NCBI GenBank assembly: GCA_963788655.1
Contig: CAWBHS010000088.1
Location: forward strand, 128,001-192,000
DNA from: an uncultured Verrucomicrobiae bacterium
Lineage (GTDB): Bacteria > Verrucomicrobiota > Verrucomicrobiia > Limisphaerales > JAFGQR01
Direction of reading: 5' to 3'
Length of the DNA stretch: 64,000 bases
Numbering within the stretch: the stretch's first letter is position 1; every line of letters starts with the position of its first letter. Below the pieces are notes generated by a model. That model saw nothing but the letters and a program-made list of their open reading frames with translations. It did no database searches and was not told where the DNA came from. The position numbers and the translations under genes are program-made. Shown here piece by piece: positions 62,653 through 64,000 of the stretch.

Positions 62653-62814
62653 TAGAATTTCCAGGATTGGTGCCTCTGACTTCCATGAACAAGGAACCTG
62701 ATTGGTTTTATACGGAAACAGATGGCTCTTAACAAAAACAGCCAAAAATAGCAACCACAGAAAACAGCCTTGGGCCGCTTCTTACACTCTGTCGAACGGA
62801 CTTTGCTCTGCTCC

Positions 62815-62829
62815 TGGCACTAAAATTGC
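62815..62829 (+). promoter_or_regulatory. Putative sigma54 (-24/-12) promoter
   Basis: TGGCAC-TAAAA-TTGC is an exact match to TGGCAC-N5-TTGC, intergenic and oriented toward the REC-HDOD gene. Confidence 0.7.
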
Positions 62830-63021
62830 GCGCAAAAGCTTGGGCCATTGGGAATGGACGATTTGGCCCGACTGCTAGCTGTTCCGGCTATCCTAAAGGG
62901 GGGAACGGGCCTAATGGCTGGCGGACGGTGGGACTTTTCTGCCGCACCAGTAGATTCTGGCGATCCCAACCGGGAATTCCCGGGGCAGTTGTCGGCGTGA
63001 TGTGGTGATGAATTTGGAATA

Positions 63022-64000
63022 ATGATGAACGTTGAACCCAAGCCCAAAAAACTTCTGTTCGTCGATGACGAACCGACGATTCTTGAATTGTTTCAGTGCA
63101 TGTTTCGGAGCATGGCCGACACTTGGGAGGTACATTGCGCTACGAGCGGGGCCGAGGCCCTGGTCCTGATGGAACAAGTTCCATTTGCGGTCGTGGTGTC
63201 GGACATGCGGATGCCGGGAATGAACGGCGCGCAATTCCTGACGGAAGTCATGCAGCGGTATCCCCAGACCGCCCGCCTGATTCTCTCGGGCTACGCCGAG
63301 CAGGAGGCGGTGGCCAAATGTGTCGGAGCGGCGCATCAATACCTGATGAAGCCTTGTGACGTGATGACCCTGGGGGCCGTGCTGCAACGGGTCTGCGCCC
63401 TGGATGTTTTCTTGAAAAACGAGCACCTCAAGTCGCTGGTTGCCAAGATGGACGTGGTGCCCAGTTTGCCATCGTTGTATTTCCGGGTGCTGGAAGAAGT
63501 GCAATCGCCGGTTTCCTCCATCGAGCGCATCGGTGAAATCGTGGCCATGGACCCGGGGATGACTGCCAAATTGTTGCAACTGGTCAACTCCGCGTTCTTC
63601 GGAGTACGGCGGGAAATTTCCAATCCGGCGGAAGCCGTCCAGTTACTGGGGGTGGGAACCGTGCGTTCGTTGGCGTTGTCACTGCACGCGTTTTCCTGTT
63701 TTGATCAAGCCAAGCTGGCGGAGTTTTGCTTCGAACGGCTTTGGAACCATTGTCTGCTCACCGGTCTTTACGCACGCAAAATTGCGGAGTCCCAGGGCAC
63801 CGATCGCACGATGGTGGATGAGTCCTTTATTTCGGGGTTGTTGCACGACATTGGCAAATTGATGCTGGTGGCGAATATGGCGCCCGATTTCCGCCAAGTC
63901 ATCCAGATGGTAAACGAAAAGCACATTGCGGAAACCGAAGCGGAGTTGGCGGTATTCGGCGCCACCCATGCTGACGTGGGTGCCTATCTATTGGGATTGT
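63022..64000 (+). CDS. Response regulator with REC and HDOD domains (runs off window)
   Basis: Manual translation: LLFVDDEP, VVSDMRMPGMNG, LMKPC, PSLP, DPGMTAKLLQLVNSAFFG, LWNHC, GLLHDIGKL, THADVGAYLLGL. Confidence 0.93.
   Translation, partial: MMNVEPKPKKLLFVDDEPTILELFQCMFRSMADTWEVHCATSGAEALVLMEQVPFAVVVSDMRMPGMNGAQFLTEVMQRYPQTARLILSGYAEQEAVAKCVGAAHQYLMKPCDVMTLGAVLQRVCALDVFLKNEHLKSLVAKMDVVPSLPSLYFRVLEEVQSPVSSIERIGEIVAMDPGMTAKLLQLVNSAFFGVRREISNPAEAVQLLGVGTVRSLALSLHAFSCFDQAKLAEFCFERLWNHCLLTGLYARKIAESQGTDRTMVDESFISGLLHDIGKLMLVANMAPDFRQVIQMVNEKHIAETEAELAVFGATHADVGAYLLGL

Noticed and set aside
62840..63020. c-di-GMP riboswitch in the HDOD leader
   Set aside because: The GGCAAAC/GNRA/GACGCAAAG pattern of the class I aptamer could not be matched by eye.

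Overview
GC-rich bacterial window, most consistent with Verrucomicrobiota (Pedosphaerales/Limisphaerales-like) from gene content and repeat style; this is inference. 1-12.4 kb: minus-strand respiratory operon encoding alternative complex III (actA-B-C-D-E-F-G), an SCO protein and an A2-type caa3 oxidase (coxB-coxA-coxC), with a divergent NarL-type regulator and a sensor-less histidine kinase. About 15.9-19.8 kb: accessory island directly downstream of glmS. It starts with a Tn7-like transposon end (TGT terminus plus three tandem 19-bp repeats, 21 bp after the glmS stop) and carries two unknown genes, a collapsed hsdR/hsdS type I R-M remnant and an RCC1-repeat protein. The rest is housekeeping and catabolic: glmS, glgC, recN, PhnP-like hydrolase, TIGR03790-like protein, nagA, membrane-anchored GrpE-like protein, DUF4432-glpK-glpD, queD, a luxE/luxC-like pair, a degenerate aldehyde dehydrogenase, bcp, GH38-like glycosidase, HzsA-like multiheme protein, a cohesin/dockerin-like surface protein, and a sigma54-preceded REC-HDOD regulator. 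At least eight families of REP/REPIN-like palindromes are present, some nested or inserted in genes. Many single-base frameshifts, including in glmS, look like sequencing or assembly errors. All calls come from motif recognition by eye; no searches were run.
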